Of a stretch of DNA of 64,000 nt, positions 63,346-64,000 are shown piece by piece. A program made the position numbers and the translations under genes. Numbering within the stretch: the stretch's first letter is position 1; every line of letters begins with the position of its first letter. The DNA lies in contig NC_068984.1 of assembly GCF_001194135.2 (NCBI RefSeq), forward strand, positions 104,436,343 through 104,500,342, given 5' to 3'. The DNA is from Octopus bimaculoides (Eukaryota). The notes under the pieces were generated by a model. That model made no database searches, was not told the origin of the DNA, and saw only the letters and a program-made list of their open reading frames with translations.

Positions 63346-64000
63346 CTGAAAAATAAATACAATATCTTTGAAATGATTTTTAAAATATCCAATATCCTAA
63401 TATACTGGAATATTATAAAATGCACAAAATAGTTTGTCAAGAACAAAAAAAAAAAAAAAAAATTGCTTTGACCTCAGAAAAGGTTAAGTTCTATTAGTAA
63501 GATAACAGCAAGTACATCTTCTTTCTCCAATCCTGCATCAATGATCGTCCAATGAAAACAATACATATTTAACAGAGAACATTGTCCACACGTTACTGAC
63601 TCTTATATGACCTCTAGTATTTTCAGATTTCTATTTTCAGCCAGATGAGATATAGGTTTCTTTCTTAATCTCGATTTCAACTGCCTACAAGTGGTAGCCA
63701 TACTCTCTCTCTCTCTCCCTCTCTCTCTCCAGAGTATTGATTTCTTCCTCATTTCAATATAATTATCTCTTAATTCTGCATAAGGATGTAGTTAACAAAG
63801 TGAAATTTTAAGGTTTTCCCATTTATTTACAAGCTAGAAAGCTTGTTTGCAAGTAATCTAGGAAAAGCAGCCACTTGTAAAGAATTAACCAGTGACTAAG
63901 GAAATTTAATTTTAAGAGAAGATAATATGCCAGATACTCTGGAATAATAAGATCAGGTTCACTTGTAGTTTGAGGCTAAATTTTAACTTTGATTAATACT

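Overview
AT-rich animal genomic scaffold with many N gaps and dense (TA)n/(CA)n/(CAT)n microsatellites. The SINE, RTE and Penelope repeat repertoire suggests an octopus (coleoid cephalopod); this is an inference, not a database result. There are no prokaryotic features. Most of the window is transposon debris: three tRNA-derived SINE families, RTE LINEs, five Penelope-like (RT/GIY-YIG) fragments, a near full-length L1/Tx1-type LINE, a Gypsy pol fragment, a mariner carrying a nested solo LTR, a decayed Helitron, several MITEs/foldback elements and a minimal hammerhead ribozyme. Host sequence: (i) a ~2 kb minus-strand exon (36741-38717) encoding an unrecognised low-complexity protein with a 38-aa repeat array followed by about 11 acidic tyrosine motifs (six Y[DE]D[VI] at exact 19-aa spacing, plus EPLYASI/EPVYTAL); a probable upstream GC-donor exon lies at 62602-62718. 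(ii) A decayed retrocopy of PINCH/LIMS1 (LIM4-LIM5) at 30260-30606. Boundaries of degenerate repeats are approximate (tens of bp).
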